Source: Escherichia coli (GTDB lineage Bacteria; Pseudomonadota; Gammaproteobacteria; Enterobacterales; Enterobacteriaceae). Taken from it: a DNA stretch of 64,000 bases. The stretch lies in the NCBI RefSeq assembly GCF_024298765.1, contig NZ_CP101210.1. The stretch is one strand, 5' to 3'. Position 1 is the stretch's first letter, and every line of letters begins with the position of its first letter. A program made the translations under genes and the position numbers. Below the pieces are notes generated by a model, which was given only the letters and a program-made list of their open reading frames with translations, ran no database searches and was not told where the DNA came from. This document shows, in pieces, positions 33,919-51,233 of this stretch.

Positions 33919-35271
33919 TTACTGCCCGGCGATTTTCATCTCCGGCAACAGCACAGAACCACACTGTATATTACTGCGTGTTTCAATATCGTTACCGACG
34001 GTGACAATATTGCGCCACATATCTTTTAAATTACCTGCGATGGTGATTTCGCTAACCGGATACTGAATTTCGCCATTCTCTACCCAGAAGCCCGCTGCAC
34101 CACGGGAATAATCACCGGTAATGGCACTCACGCCCTGGCCCATCAGCTCCGTCACCACCAGCCCGGTGCCCATCTCTTTGAGCATTTGTTCGAAGCTTAG
34201 CCCTTGTCCGGCAATCCGCCAGTTGTGAATACCGCCCGCATGTCCGGTGCTTTTCAGCCCCAGTTTCCGCGCCGAGTAGCTGGTCAGCAGCCACTGAGTC
34301 AGGATGCCATCTTTAATAATATCGCGACGCTCGGTGCGCACACCTTCGCTGTCGAATGGCGTAGAGGCCAGCCCTTTCAGCAGATGCGGATGCTCTTCAA
34401 TGGTCAGCCAGTCCGGCAGAATTTGTTTACCCAGCGAATCCAGCAGGAAGGTAGATTTACGGTAAACCGATCCACCCGCTATCGCCCCCACCAGATGCCC
34501 AAAAAGCCCGGTTGCCACTTCATTGGCAAAAATGACCGGCGCTTTCATGGTGGAGAGTTTACGCGGTGACAGACGCGATAAAGTGCGGCGAGCACAGTCG
34601 GCCCCGACCCACTCTGGCGTTTGCAGATCGCTCATCGCACGACCAATGGTGTAGGCGTAATCACGCTCCATATCGCCATTTTCTTCGGCAATTACACAGC
34701 TGGAGAGCGAATGACGCGTAGAGCAGTAACCCTGCAACATGCCGTGGCTGTTGCCAAAAACTTTGACACCGTAGTGGCTGTTAAAGCTGCCACCTTCGGT
34801 ATTGGTGATGCGTTTGTCCGCCTGCAATGCTGCCTGTTCTGCGCGGGCCGCCAGTTCAATGGCTTCATCCGGGGAAACTTCCGCAGGGTGGAACAAGTCG
34901 AGATCCGGTGCGTCAAAGGCCAGCAGCTCTTTGTCTGCCACGCCGGCACAGGGATCTGGCGAGGTATAACGGGCAATATCTAGCGCCGCCTGTACGGTGC
35001 GGGCAATGGCCTGCGGGCTTAAATCGGTAGACGATGCGCTACCTTTGCGGTTCTGGTGATAAACAGTGATCCCCAACGCGCCATCGCTATTGAATTCAAC
35101 ATTCTCCACTTCACCATAACGCGTGCTTACGCTAATGCCGGTGGTCTTGCTGACGGCAACTTCTGCACCGTCCGATTTGCCTGAGGCCAACTCCAGCGCA
35201 GTCGAAACTGCTTCTTCCAGAATCTTGCGCTGCGCTTCAACTTGAGAGATTACTTTCATTGCAAGTGCCAT
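33919..35271 (-). CDS. pmbA: Metalloprotease PmbA (TldE)
   Basis: 450 aa; [30 protein letters not shown]... Confidence 0.92.
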
Positions 35272-35364
35272 AATGTAGAGAGTTTCTCTGAAGTCTAACA
35301 GAGAACCGTTTTTCAGTGCGCATCTTAACTGGTAACATTAGCCTCTTTTTTTAAGGAGCCTGAG

Positions 35365-35916
35365 ATGACTAAGCAGCCCGAAGACTGGCTCGACGACGTT
35401 CCCGGTGATGACATCGAAGACGAAGACGATGAAATTATCTGGGTCAGTAAAAGTGAAATTAAACGCGATGCCGAGGAGCTAAAACGCCTTGGCGCGGAAA
35501 TTGTTGATCTGGGGAAAAACGCGCTGGATAAGATCCCGTTAGATGCGGATCTGCGCGCGGCTATTGAGCTCGCCCAGCGTATTAAGATGGAAGGTCGCCG
35601 CCGCCAGTTGCAGCTCATCGGTAAGATGCTGCGCCAGCGCGATGTTGAGCCTATTCGTCAGGCGCTGGATAAGCTGAAAAACCGCCACAACCAGCAAGTG
35701 GTGTTGTTCCATAAACTGGAAAACCTGCGCGATCGTCTGATCGAGCAAGGTGATGACGCCATCGCTGAAGTATTGAATCTGTGGCCCGATGCCGATCGTC
35801 AGCAACTGCGTACTCTGATCCGTAACGCGAAGAAAGAGAAAGAAGGGAATAAGCCGCCGAAATCCGCGCGCCAGATTTTCCAGTATCTGCGTGAGTTAGC
35901 GGAAAACGAAGGGTAA
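35365..35916 (+). CDS. yjgA: Ribosome-associated protein YjgA (DUF615)
   Basis: 183 aa; acidic N-terminus [31 protein letters not shown]. Confidence 0.88.
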   Translation: MTKQPEDWLDDVPGDDIEDEDDEIIWVSKSEIKRDAEELKRLGAEIVDLGKNALDKIPLDADLRAAIELAQRIKMEGRRRQLQLIGKMLRQRDVEPIRQALDKLKNRHNQQVVLFHKLENLRDRLIEQGDDAIAEVLNLWPDADRQQLRTLIRNAKKEKEGNKPPKSARQIFQYLRELAENEG

Positions 35917-35942
35917 TTTTCGTTGTTGATGTGAGTATGGTT

Positions 35943-36047
35943 TGCCGGATGCGGTGCACCTGTAGGCCTGATAAGACGCATCAAGCGTCGCATCAGGCAC
36001 TATGCTCAAATGCCGGATGCGGCGTGAACGCCTTATCCGGCCTACAC
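35943..36047. repeat. REP/BIME cluster
   Basis: tgccggatgcggtg..., gcctgataagacgcatcaagcgtcgcatcaggc and gccggatgcggcgtgaacgccttatccggcctac. Confidence 0.75.
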
Positions 36048-36073
36048 ACACTCTATCAGGCTGAGGCTGTGAA

Positions 36074-37447
36074 TTACTGCGCGGCTTCCGCTTTCTTCGC
36101 TAACCCATCCAGCAGTTTCTGATGGATCCCACCAAAACCGCCGTTACTCATCACCAGAATGTGATCGCCCGGCTGAGCGGTTTTCACCACCATATCTGCC
36201 AGCGTATCCACATCGCCGCTCCAGTGTGCAGGCTGAACGCAGGCTTCTGCCACTTCTGCCACCTGCCACGGAATATGCGCCGGTTGCAGCAGGAAGACTT
36301 CATCGGCACGACCTAATGAAGGTGCCAGATCGTCTTTGCAGATCCCCATTTTCATGGTGTTTGAGCGCGGTTCCAGCACGGCAATAATGCGCGCCGTACC
36401 ACCAACTTTGCCACGCAGCGCCGCAAGCGTTGCCAGAATCGCCGTCGGGTGATGGGCAAAATCGTCATATACCGTCACACCATTCGCTTCACCACGCAAC
36501 TCCAGACGGCGACGAGCATTAATAAACGAACCCAGCGCGTTAGCGGCATCTGCCGGCGCTACACCAACATGGCGAGCCGCCGCAATCGCCATCAGGCCAT
36601 TGTGCATATTATGTTCGCCTACCAGCGACCATTTCACTTCGCCCACTTTTTCGCCATCCAGCAAGACTTCCCATTCGGAAGCATCGGTGGTCAGCTTTTT
36701 CGCCTGCCAGTGACCTTGCTCGCCCACCAGCTCCTGCTCGCTCCAGCAGCCCATCGCCATGGTCTGTTTCAGGTTGATGTCATTTTCCGGCCAGATAATA
36801 CGGCCCTGCCCCGGAACGATACGCACCAGATGGTGGAACTGTTTCTGGATCGCTTTCAGGTCGTCAAAGATATCGGCGTGATCGAACTCAAGGTTGTTGA
36901 GGATCAGCGTACGCGGGCAGTAATGGACAAATTTAGAGCGTTTGTCGAAGAAGGCGCAGTCATACTCATCCGCTTCGATAACAAAGAAGTCGCTTTCGCC
37001 CAGACGCGCCGAAACCTCAAAGTTCCCCGGCACACCGCCGATCACAAATCCCGGTTTGTAACCGCACTGTTCCAGAATCCAGGTTGCCATTCCCGCGGTG
37101 GTGGTTTTGCCATGTGTACCGGCAACGGCCAGCACCCAGCGGTCGCGCAGCACAAAATCGTGCAGCCACTGCGGACCTGACATATAAGGGATGTTTTTTT
37201 CCAGTACCGCTTCCACACACGGATTTCCACGGGTCATGGCGTTACCAATAATCACCAGATCCGGCTGTGGATCGAGCTGGCTGGCATCGTAACCCTGAAT
37301 CAGTTCAATGCCTTGCTTCTCAAGTAAGGTGCTCATCGGCGGATACACATTGGCGTCCGAACCCGTTACTTCATGGCCTAACTGGCGCGCCAGCATCGCC
37401 AGACCGCCCATAAACGTGCCACAAATTCCTAAAATATGAATGCGCAT
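36074..37447 (-). CDS. mpl: UDP-N-acetylmuramate:L-alanyl-gamma-D-glutamyl-meso-DAP ligase (murein peptide ligase)
   Basis: 457 aa; MRIHILGICGTFMGGLAMLARQLGHEVTGSD, Mur-ligase fold. Confidence 0.93.
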   Translation of the reverse strand: MRIHILGICGTFMGGLAMLARQLGHEVTGSDANVYPPMSTLLEKQGIELIQGYDASQLDPQPDLVIIGNAMTRGNPCVEAVLEKNIPYMSGPQWLHDFVLRDRWVLAVAGTHGKTTTAGMATWILEQCGYKPGFVIGGVPGNFEVSARLGESDFFVIEADEYDCAFFDKRSKFVHYCPRTLILNNLEFDHADIFDDLKAIQKQFHHLVRIVPGQGRIIWPENDINLKQTMAMGCWSEQELVGEQGHWQAKKLTTDASEWEVLLDGEKVGEVKWSLVGEHNMHNGLMAIAAARHVGVAPADAANALGSFINARRRLELRGEANGVTVYDDFAHHPTAILATLAALRGKVGGTARIIAVLEPRSNTMKMGICKDDLAPSLGRADEVFLLQPAHIPWQVAEVAEACVQPAHWSGDVDTLADMVVKTAQPGDHILVMSNGGFGGIHQKLLDGLAKKAEAAQ

Positions 37448-37622
37448 ACGTCACTATCCTTTTTTAATCTGGCGCTCATTTTACGCATATGTCGGGCAAG
37501 TGAGAAACGCATTTCAGGATAATCCGTAATTTGCTGGCGCGATTCACCTGAGCGCAACATTGGGATTATTTGTTAAGATTGTTGCGGTCGCTTTACTCCA
37601 TAAACATTGCAGGGAAAGTTTT

Positions 37623-38621
37623 ATGAAAACGTTAGGTGAATTTATTGTCGAAAAGCAGCACGAGTTTTCTCATGCTACCGGTGAGCTCACTGCTTTGCTG
37701 TCGGCAATAAAACTGGGCGCCAAGATTATCCATCGCGATATCAACAAAGCAGGACTGGTTGATATCCTGGGTGCCAGCGGTGCTGAGAACGTGCAGGGCG
37801 AGGTTCAGCAGAAACTCGACCTGTTCGCTAATGAGAAACTGAAAGCCGCACTGAAAGCACGCGATATCGTTGCGGGCATTGCCTCTGAAGAAGAAGATGA
37901 GATTGTCGTCTTTGAAGGCTGTGAACACGCAAAATACGTGGTGCTGATGGACCCACTGGATGGCTCGTCCAACATCGATGTTAACGTCTCTGTCGGTACC
38001 ATTTTCTCCATCTACCGCCGCGTTACGCCTGTTGGCACGCCGGTAACGGAAGAAGATTTCCTCCAGCCTGGTAACAAACAGGTTGCGGCAGGTTACGTGG
38101 TATACGGCTCCTCTACTATGCTGGTTTACACCACCGGATGCGGTGTTCACGCCTTTACTTATGATCCTTCGCTGGGTGTTTTCTGCCTGTGCCAGGAACG
38201 GATGCGCTTCCCGGAGAAAGGCAAAACCTACTCCATCAACGAAGGAAACTACATTAAGTTTCCGAACGGGGTGAAGAAGTACATTAAATTCTGCCAGGAA
38301 GAAGATAAATCCACCAACCGCCCGTATACCTCACGTTATATCGGTTCACTGGTCGCGGATTTCCACCGTAACCTGCTGAAAGGCGGTATTTATCTCTACC
38401 CAAGCACCGCCAGCCACCCGGACGGTAAACTGCGTTTACTGTATGAGTGCAACCCGATGGCATTCCTGGCGGAACAAGCAGGCGGTAAAGCGAGCGATGG
38501 CAAAGAGCGTATTCTGGATATCATCCCGGAAACCCTGCACCAGCGCCGTTCATTCTTTGTCGGCAACGACCATATGGTTGAAGATGTCGAACGCTTTATC
38601 CGTGAGTTCCCGGACGCGTAA
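37623..38621 (+). CDS. fbp: Fructose-1,6-bisphosphatase class I
   Basis: [34 protein letters not shown]...; 332 aa from internal Met. Confidence 0.95.
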
Positions 38622-38653
38622 TCTCCTGCGCCTCTCCACACGGAGAGGCGTTT

Positions 38654-39649
38654 TTATCGCTGCGCAATGTTGACTCTTGTCACAGGCGAACTCTGACGAT
38701 TCTCCCACAGCACCGTTAATCCACGCTGTAATGCTATAAAAATAAACAACAAAATACCGATGGCGATTTTCGTCCACCATGAGCTCAGCGTGCCATCAAA
38801 GTTTATGTAAGTCTGAATCAGTCCCTGAATCGCCACGCCAAAAAGCGTCCCTAATACCGTTCCAACGCCACCACTCAAAAGCGTACCGCCAATTACCACT
38901 GAGGCGATAGCATCCAGTTCCACACCTACGCCCGCCAGCGCATATCCGGCCTGGGTATAAATCGAGAAGACAATCCCCGCCAGTGTCGCCAGCCCGGTAG
39001 AGAGCATATAAATGCGAATAGTGGTGCTGCGAGTGGAAATCCCCATCAGGTTCGCCGACGTTGCGTTGCCGCCAATGGCGTACACCTGATTACCAAAACG
39101 CGTACGATGCGCGAGGAATATGCCGATAACCACCACCGCCAGCATCAGCAGCCCCATCGCACTTAAGCGACCGCCGCCAGGGATTTTCCACGCAAGGCTT
39201 GAGAGCGTGTCATAAACAGGATGGTTTATCGGGATCGACTCTTCCGAAACGAGATAGCTGACGCCGCGCAAAAAGAACATCCCCGCCAGGGTAATGATAA
39301 ATGCCGGGATCTTCAGGGCGTCGATCAAAAGCCCCATAAATGCGCCGAAGGCACAGCCCATCACCAGCACCAGTGGAAACGCCAGCAGCGGCGAGAGGCC
39401 GAAATCGCCAATCACTTTTGCCAGAAACACGCCGGTAAAGGCGATCACCGAACCGACGGAGAGATCGATCCCACCGGAGAGGATCACAAAGGTCATACCA
39501 ACGGCGATTATCCCAAGAAAGGCATTATCAGTCAGGATATTGCAGATCACTCTTGTGGAAGCAAAACCGGGAAACTGGGTCAGACAGTAGAGATAACCCA
39601 ACACAAAGACGCCGATGGTGATCATCAGTGGCAAATTACGTTTTATCAC
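38654..39649 (-). CDS. yjfF: Sugar (galactofuranose) ABC transporter permease
   Basis: 331-aa multi-span permease; last gene of the ytfQRT-yjfF cluster. Confidence 0.87.
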   Translation of the reverse strand: MIKRNLPLMITIGVFVLGYLYCLTQFPGFASTRVICNILTDNAFLGIIAVGMTFVILSGGIDLSVGSVIAFTGVFLAKVIGDFGLSPLLAFPLVLVMGCAFGAFMGLLIDALKIPAFIITLAGMFFLRGVSYLVSEESIPINHPVYDTLSSLAWKIPGGGRLSAMGLLMLAVVVIGIFLAHRTRFGNQVYAIGGNATSANLMGISTRSTTIRIYMLSTGLATLAGIVFSIYTQAGYALAGVGVELDAIASVVIGGTLLSGGVGTVLGTLFGVAIQGLIQTYINFDGTLSSWWTKIAIGILLFIFIALQRGLTVLWENRQSSPVTRVNIAQR

Positions 39650-40661
39650 GGTTACGTACCCCTTTAATCAGACTGATAAAGCGTTGCGACTGGACAATCA
39701 GCACGCAAAGCACCACCACCGCTTTCACCACCTGGTTCATCTCCGGCGGAAAGCCAGAAAGCAAAATTCCGGTGTTCATTCCCTGAATAATCAGCGCCCC
39801 CACCACCGAAAGCAGCAGGTTAAAGCGCCCGCCCATCAGCGATCCGCCGCCAATCACCACTGCAAGAATGGCGTCCAGCTCCAGCCATAATCCGGCATTG
39901 TTGGCATCGGCACCGCGAATATCCGCCGCCACGATAATGCCCGCAATCGCCGCACATAGCCCGCTCAACACGTAGGTGAGCATGACGATGATCCGCGTGT
40001 TTACCCCGGCATTTTTTGCCGCCCGAATGTTGATACCAACGGCTTCGATAAACATCCCCAGTGCCGTTTTGCGGGTCAACAGCCAGAACAGGAGAAGCGT
40101 CAGCACCGCAATAATGACTGGCGTTGGCAGGAACAACAGCGATCCACTGCCGAACCAGGAGAGATCCGGTGAGTTAAATGTGACGATCTGTCCGGAGGTG
40201 ATCAGTTGCGCCACGCCGCGCCCGGCGACCATCAGGATCAGGGTGGCGACAAACGGCTGAATTTTGAGGATCGCTACCAGTATGCCGTTCCACAATCCTG
40301 CCAGGATGCCAGTGCCCAGGGCGCTTAACAAAACAATTGGCAGGCTGAATCCCGCGACCGTCATCGCAGCCGTTGTGGCTCCGGCGATAGCCATCACCGC
40401 CCCTACGGAGAGATCAATCCCACCGGTGGCGATAACCAGCGTCATGCCAATCGCCAGTAGCGCAACGGGGGCCGCACGGTTAAGAATGTCGATAGGGCTA
40501 CCGAACAAACGCCCATCCTGAAGCACCACCTGCCAGAAATGTGGGGCCACCAGGCTATCAACCAGCAGCACCAGCAACAGTGCCGCCAGCTGCGGCATTC
40601 CTGTTGGCCAGCGAAAACGCCTTTTCGGCGGCGTAGTGTCCGGGAGAGATTGAGGCATCAC
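39636..40661 (-). CDS. ytfT: Sugar (galactofuranose) ABC transporter permease
   Basis: Multi-span permease; probable GTG start at 40661 giving 341 aa; overlaps the ytfR stop. Confidence 0.82.
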   Translation of the reverse strand: MMPQSLPDTTPPKRRFRWPTGMPQLAALLLVLLVDSLVAPHFWQVVLQDGRLFGSPIDILNRAAPVALLAIGMTLVIATGGIDLSVGAVMAIAGATTAAMTVAGFSLPIVLLSALGTGILAGLWNGILVAILKIQPFVATLILMVAGRGVAQLITSGQIVTFNSPDLSWFGSGSLLFLPTPVIIAVLTLLLFWLLTRKTALGMFIEAVGINIRAAKNAGVNTRIIVMLTYVLSGLCAAIAGIIVAADIRGADANNAGLWLELDAILAVVIGGGSLMGGRFNLLLSVVGALIIQGMNTGILLSGFPPEMNQVVKAVVVLCVLIVQSQRFISLIKGVRNRDKT

Positions 40662-40671
40662 ACTGTTCTCC

Positions 40672-42174
40672 TTACGCCGCAATGGCGTTCATGATCGCCG
40701 GAACGGAAAGCTCTGCCAGCGGGATCTCCGCCACCTGTTTGCGATCGCGCATGATAATCACCCGATCGGCATAGCCCACCAGCTCTTCCAGCTCGGAGGA
40801 GATCACCAGCAGCGCCAGCCCATCGGCGCACAGCGTTTCAATCAGGCGGATGATCTCGGCGTGGGCACCAACATCAATTCCGCGCGTTGGCTCGTCGAGA
40901 ATCAGAAATTGCGGTCGGGTCAGTAGCCAACGTGAAAGCAACACTTTTTGCTGATTGCCGCCGGAGAGAAATTCAATCGGTTGTTCGGTGGAAGGTGTGC
41001 GAATGCCAAGCTGGCGGATAAAGCGTTCGGCAATCTCTTGCTGTTCTTTACGGGAAATAGGTCGTAGCCAGCCGCGCTGGGCCTGGAGAGCGAGGATGAT
41101 ATTTTCCCGCACCGAGGCGGCGGCGATAATGCCATCGGTTTTCCTGTCTTCCGGGCAGAAGCCAATGCCCAGTACCGAAGCCTGATGTGGCGAGCGTAGC
41201 GTTTGCAGTTTGCCTTTGATCAACGCCGTGCCGCTATCAGCAGGTTTGATACCGAAGATCACTTCGGCGGTTTCGGTACGTCCTGATCCCAGCAAGCCTG
41301 CCAGACCGACGATCTCGCCGGGGCGTACTTCGAGATCAAACGGCGCGATCGTTCCTTTTTTGCCGTAATTTTTGAACGCGGCAACAGGTTTGTCGCTCAG
41401 CAATGTTCTCCCGGCACGCTGAAGCGCGTGGGTGTCCAGTTCACGCCCCAGCATCATTTTTACCAGTTCGATCTGCGGTAGCTCGCGGGTTTCCCGACAG
41501 CCCACAAAACTGCCGTTACGTAAGACGGTGATCCGATCGCTGACCTGATAGACCTGATCGAGAAAGTGAGTGACGAAGATCAGACTGACGCCGCGATCGC
41601 GAAGCTGACGCATCAGGCCAAACAGTAACTCTACTTCCTGAGTGTCGAGACTGGCGGTGGGTTCATCGAGGATCAGCACTTTGGCGGAGAGATCGATAGC
41701 CCGGCAAATGGCGACGATTTGCTGCATCGCGACTGAAAAGCGGTTGAGCGGTTCGCGCACGTCGAGGGAGAAACCGTAAGATGCCATCAGTTCGGTGGCG
41801 CGCTTTTCTATCTCTTTACGGCGTAGAAGGCCGAAACGTTTGGGTTCGCGACCTATGAATAGATTATCAGCGACCGACATATTGGGTAGCAGGTTGACTT
41901 CCTGATAGACGGTGCCGATGCCGAGTTGTTGTGCGTGGGCGGTGTTTTTCGGTGAGATAGCCTGGCCTTCCAGCCAGATAGTGCCGCGATCGGCGTGGTA
42001 TACACCGGTTAATGCTTTGATGAGCGTCGATTTTCCCGCCCCGTTTTCACCGAGCAGCGCCATGATTTCACCACGGCGCAGGCTGAAATCAACGTTGTCT
42101 AACGCTTTGACACCGGGGAAAAATTTACTTAATCCTTCGGTGCGGAGGATTTCCTGGTGTTGGTCGGTCGTCAT
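40672..42174 (-). CDS. ytfR: Sugar ABC transporter ATP-binding protein (tandem ABC domains)
   Basis: 500 aa; two Walker A motifs (GENGAGKST, GLLGSGRTE) and LSGGNQQK signature. Confidence 0.9.
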   Translation of the reverse strand: MTTDQHQEILRTEGLSKFFPGVKALDNVDFSLRRGEIMALLGENGAGKSTLIKALTGVYHADRGTIWLEGQAISPKNTAHAQQLGIGTVYQEVNLLPNMSVADNLFIGREPKRFGLLRRKEIEKRATELMASYGFSLDVREPLNRFSVAMQQIVAICRAIDLSAKVLILDEPTASLDTQEVELLFGLMRQLRDRGVSLIFVTHFLDQVYQVSDRITVLRNGSFVGCRETRELPQIELVKMMLGRELDTHALQRAGRTLLSDKPVAAFKNYGKKGTIAPFDLEVRPGEIVGLAGLLGSGRTETAEVIFGIKPADSGTALIKGKLQTLRSPHQASVLGIGFCPEDRKTDGIIAAASVRENIILALQAQRGWLRPISRKEQQEIAERFIRQLGIRTPSTEQPIEFLSGGNQQKVLLSRWLLTRPQFLILDEPTRGIDVGAHAEIIRLIETLCADGLALLVISSELEELVGYADRVIIMRDRKQVAEIPLAELSVPAIMNAIAA

Positions 42175-42203
42175 GGTTTCCCCCGGTGTAAAGCGTGCTC
42201 CCA

Positions 42204-42288
42204 GTAGGCATGATAAGACGCGGTAAGCGTCGCATCAGGCTTCAGCGCACCACCGCCGGATGCGGCGCGAGCGCCTTATCCGGCCTAC
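42204..42288. repeat. REP/BIME cluster
   Basis: gcatgataagacgcggtaagcgtcgcatcaggc and gccggatgcggcgcgagcgccttatccggcctac. Confidence 0.75.
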
Positions 42289-42313
42289 GAATCGGCATCA
42301 GGCATAGCAACCC

Positions 42314-43270
42314 TCAATACCCCATATTTTTCTTCTTCTCTAACTCTTCTTTTGCGGTATCAGGCAGATAAAGGATGGATTTGGTCAGAGTTAGCTTTTC
42401 AGGCATGGTGCCGTCTTTTTTATATTTCTCCAGCGCATCAAAAGCGGGGCCTGCCATGTTCGGCGTCAGTTCAACGCTGGCGTTCGCTTCGCCATCAATC
42501 ATCGCTTTGTAGATGTCCGGCACGCCGTCGATAGAGCCTGTCAGGATATCTTTGCCCGGTTTCAGGCCCGCTTCTTTAATTGCCTGAATTGCACCAATCA
42601 CCATGTCATCGTTATGGGCGTAAACCATGCAGATGTTTTTGCCGTTGTTTTCCGCTTTGATAAAGCTCTCCATCACTTCTTTGCCTTTGCTGCGGGTGAA
42701 GTCACCTGACTGCGAGCGGATAATTTTGATATTTGGCGCATTCTTAATGGCTTCGGCAAAGCCTTTCTTACGGTCAATGGCGACGCTGGCCCCAACGGTG
42801 CCCTGCAGCTCCACCACGTTGCATGGTTTGCCATTCACTTCTTTTACCAGCCAGTCACCAATCAACTTGCCTTCGAGGATGTTGTCGGCGGTGACAGTGG
42901 TCATATAGAGAGATTTGTCTTTCACATCGATGGAACGGTCAAGCAAGAAGACCGGGATTTCGGCATCTTTCGCCTCTTTTAATACCGGTTCCCAACCCGT
43001 CGCCACCACCGGAGCGATAAAGATCGCATCCACCCCTTGTGCGACGAAGGAACGTACCGCTTTAATCTGGTTTTCCTGCTTTTGCTGACCATCGGCAATT
43101 TTCAGTGTGATACCGCGTTTTTCGGCTTCACTTTTCGCCACATTGGTTTCTGCGGCGCGCCAGCCGGATTCCGATCCGACCTGCGAAAATCCTACGGTTA
43201 ATGGAGCGGCCAACGCCATAGACGACATGGCTGCCGAGACTGCAGAGACTACAAGTAAGCGTTTCCACAT
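42314..43270 (-). CDS. ytfQ: Periplasmic galactofuranose-binding protein
   Basis: 318 aa; signal peptide MWKRLLVVSAVSAAMSSMALA; periplasmic-binding fold. Confidence 0.9.
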   Translation of the reverse strand: MWKRLLVVSAVSAAMSSMALAAPLTVGFSQVGSESGWRAAETNVAKSEAEKRGITLKIADGQQKQENQIKAVRSFVAQGVDAIFIAPVVATGWEPVLKEAKDAEIPVFLLDRSIDVKDKSLYMTTVTADNILEGKLIGDWLVKEVNGKPCNVVELQGTVGASVAIDRKKGFAEAIKNAPNIKIIRSQSGDFTRSKGKEVMESFIKAENNGKNICMVYAHNDDMVIGAIQAIKEAGLKPGKDILTGSIDGVPDIYKAMIDGEANASVELTPNMAGPAFDALEKYKKDGTMPEKLTLTKSILYLPDTAKEELEKKKNMGY

Positions 43271-43579
43271 AGGGTTGTCCTCGTCGGGGTAATTATTATT
43301 GGTGAAAAGATGTTCGCGAAAAAACTATAGACAATTCGTTATGTAACGGATTGCGTTACATCACACTTCAAAAAAGTAAATAAAACGTTAATCACAAGTT
43401 TGTAATCGCTTTCATCTCACTATGAAAAATGCGGCTACGGTTATGGATTTTCCTGCTCTGTATACCGTCTTAAAACTGGCGAAAAAGGAAAATGAAGACG
43501 AAAACAAGCGAAGACATTCGGCGCGAGTTGGCTATAATACTCGGCACTTGTTTGCCACATATTTTTAAAGGAAACAGAC

Positions 43580-44110
43580 ATGAGCTTACTCAACGTCCCT
43601 GCGGGTAAAGATCTGCCGGAAGACATCTACGTTGTTATTGAGATCCCGGCTAACGCAGATCCAATCAAATACGAAATCGACAAAGAGAGCGGCGCACTGT
43701 TCGTTGACCGCTTCATGTCCACCGCGATGTTCTATCCGTGCAACTACGGTTACATCAACCACACTCTGTCTCTGGACGGTGACCCGGTTGACGTACTGGT
43801 CCCGACTCCGTACCCGCTGCAGCCGGGTTCTGTGATCCGCTGCCGTCCGGTTGGCGTACTGAAAATGACCGACGAAGCCGGTGAAGATGCGAAACTGATT
43901 GCTGTTCCGCACACCAAGCTGAGCAAAGAATACGATCACATTAAAGACGTTAACGATCTGCCAGAGCTGCTGAAAGCGCAAATCGCTCACTTCTTCGAGC
44001 ACTACAAAGACCTCGAAAAAGGCAAGTGGGTTAAAGTTGAAGGTTGGGAAAACGCAGAAGCCGCTAAAGCTGAAATCGTTGCTTCCTTCGAGCGCGCCAA
44101 GAATAAATAA
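43580..44110 (+). CDS. ppa: Inorganic pyrophosphatase
   Basis: 176 aa; [47 protein letters not shown] motif. Confidence 0.97.
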   Translation: MSLLNVPAGKDLPEDIYVVIEIPANADPIKYEIDKESGALFVDRFMSTAMFYPCNYGYINHTLSLDGDPVDVLVPTPYPLQPGSVIRCRPVGVLKMTDEAGEDAKLIAVPHTKLSKEYDHIKDVNDLPELLKAQIAHFFEHYKDLEKGKWVKVEGWENAEAAKAEIVASFERAKNK

Positions 44111-44489
44111 GTTCTTCTGGCGCAATAACCCTGAACACCGGGCTTCGGTTAGTAAGGGTTTTTTTATGCCCGCAATTTATAAACTCTCTACTCCACTATT
44201 ATTATTTTCAGCAGTTGAAAGGCTTGAACGGTAAGAACAAGCTAAACTCGACCACCATTTTGCTGTTCATAGCCACTTGCTGGAAGTTAGCCGGCCTCAC
44301 TCATACTCACCGTTCAAAGCGTGTCCCCGTTTTACCCCTGTACATTTGTTAACGCCAGCAGAGTTTTTTATGCGATTGCAGATATGGAAAGCGGCCCGGA
44401 GAGAAAAGCAAAAGATGGGAAAGTTACAAAAAAAATCGCGAGATACATCGCATAAAACAACGCCACCCGAAGGTGGCGTGCTTTTATTA

Positions 44490-44831
44490 TTACTTATCCC
44501 TGTCTAACCAGTCGCCGCTTTCAATTAGCTTTAATCCATCGACGGGTCGTTGATAAACGTACATCCATGCACTCCCGTACGGCGTCTGAATCAACTGGCG
44601 CGCGTATTCACCGCCCCTGGTGCGCAAGGCATCAAGTTCGGCCAGCGTGGCGTTATCAATACGATAAACTTCACCGTGTACTGTTCCGTTCCCCGGAACT
44701 GCGCCTGGATAGTGGCCCAGGCTATACAACTGGTAGTTATCGATACTGAAATCGCCCAGTAACTGGGCATTGGTCATCCAGTGACTGTTGCCTTGTTTGT
44801 GGCGTAAACTGCCGTAGACAAATATTCGCAT
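44490..44831 (-). CDS. ytfP: Gamma-glutamylcyclotransferase-family protein
   Basis: 113 aa; MRIFVYGSLRHKQGNSHWMTNAQLLG; directly downstream of tamB. Confidence 0.85.
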   Translation of the reverse strand: MRIFVYGSLRHKQGNSHWMTNAQLLGDFSIDNYQLYSLGHYPGAVPGNGTVHGEVYRIDNATLAELDALRTRGGEYARQLIQTPYGSAWMYVYQRPVDGLKLIESGDWLDRDK

Positions 44832-44833
44832 TG

Positions 44834-50385
<5,552 letters not shown>

Positions 50386-50548
50386 TTAAACGGCTTAACA
50401 AAAATCCAGTAATATGGATTAAAAAGCAGACTAAACCCAAAATATTTCTTATGTTTTACTTTAGACCTATTCACGGTGGTTATTGTGTGCAAATACGCCT
50501 CTTGTTACAACCTTAACCCCAATGACCGATTTTCGGGAGAGCGACACC

Positions 50549-51187
50549 ATGAGTTTATTTGATAAAAAGCATCTGGTTTCCCCCGCCGATGCCCTGCCTG
50601 GACGTAACACCCCGATGCCCGTAGCCACACTGCATGCGGTCAACGGTCACTCAATGACCAATGTACCTGACGGAATGGAGATTGCCATTTTTGCGATGGG
50701 TTGTTTCTGGGGTGTGGAGCGTCTGTTCTGGCAGTTACCCGGCGTTTACAGCACCGCCGCAGGCTATACCGGCGGCTATACGCCAAATCCGACTTATCGG
50801 GAAGTGTGCTCCGGCGATACTGGCCATGCCGAAGCGGTGCGCATTGTTTACGATCCATCCGTCATCAGCTATGAGCAGTTGCTACAAGTATTTTGGGAGA
50901 ATCACGATCCCGCCCAGGGAATGCGTCAGGGCAATGACCACGGCACGCAGTATCGTTCAGCGATTTATCCGCTGACCCCAGAACAGGATGCCGCCGCTCG
51001 CGCCAGTCTGGAACGTTTTCAGGCGGCGATGCTTGCCGCCGATGACGATCGTCGCATCACCACGGAAATCGCTAACGCCACACCGTTTTATTATGCCGAA
51101 GATGACCACCAGCAATATCTGCATAAAAACCCGTATGGTTACTGTGGAATTGGCGGAATTGGCGTCTGTCTGCCGCCGGAAGCATAG
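50549..51187 (+). CDS. msrA: Peptide methionine sulfoxide reductase A
   Basis: [19 protein letters not shown]...; GCFWG active-site motif; 212 aa from internal Met. Confidence 0.93.
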   Translation: MSLFDKKHLVSPADALPGRNTPMPVATLHAVNGHSMTNVPDGMEIAIFAMGCFWGVERLFWQLPGVYSTAAGYTGGYTPNPTYREVCSGDTGHAEAVRIVYDPSVISYEQLLQVFWENHDPAQGMRQGNDHGTQYRSAIYPLTPEQDAAARASLERFQAAMLAADDDRRITTEIANATPFYYAEDDHQQYLHKNPYGYCGIGGIGVCLPPEA

Positions 51188-51233
51188 CGTTACGGGTACA
51201 AATGTAGATTGTTGATAAAGTGCATTTTGTTTA

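Noticed and set aside
36449-37180. 243-aa plus-strand ORF antisense to mpl
   Set aside because: Shadow frame of mpl.
44277-44507. 76-aa ORF in the ppa-ytfP gap as a possible toxin-antitoxin remnant
   Set aside because: No ribosome-binding site, runs through the terminator hairpin, and its composition is unlike ChpB/ChpS.
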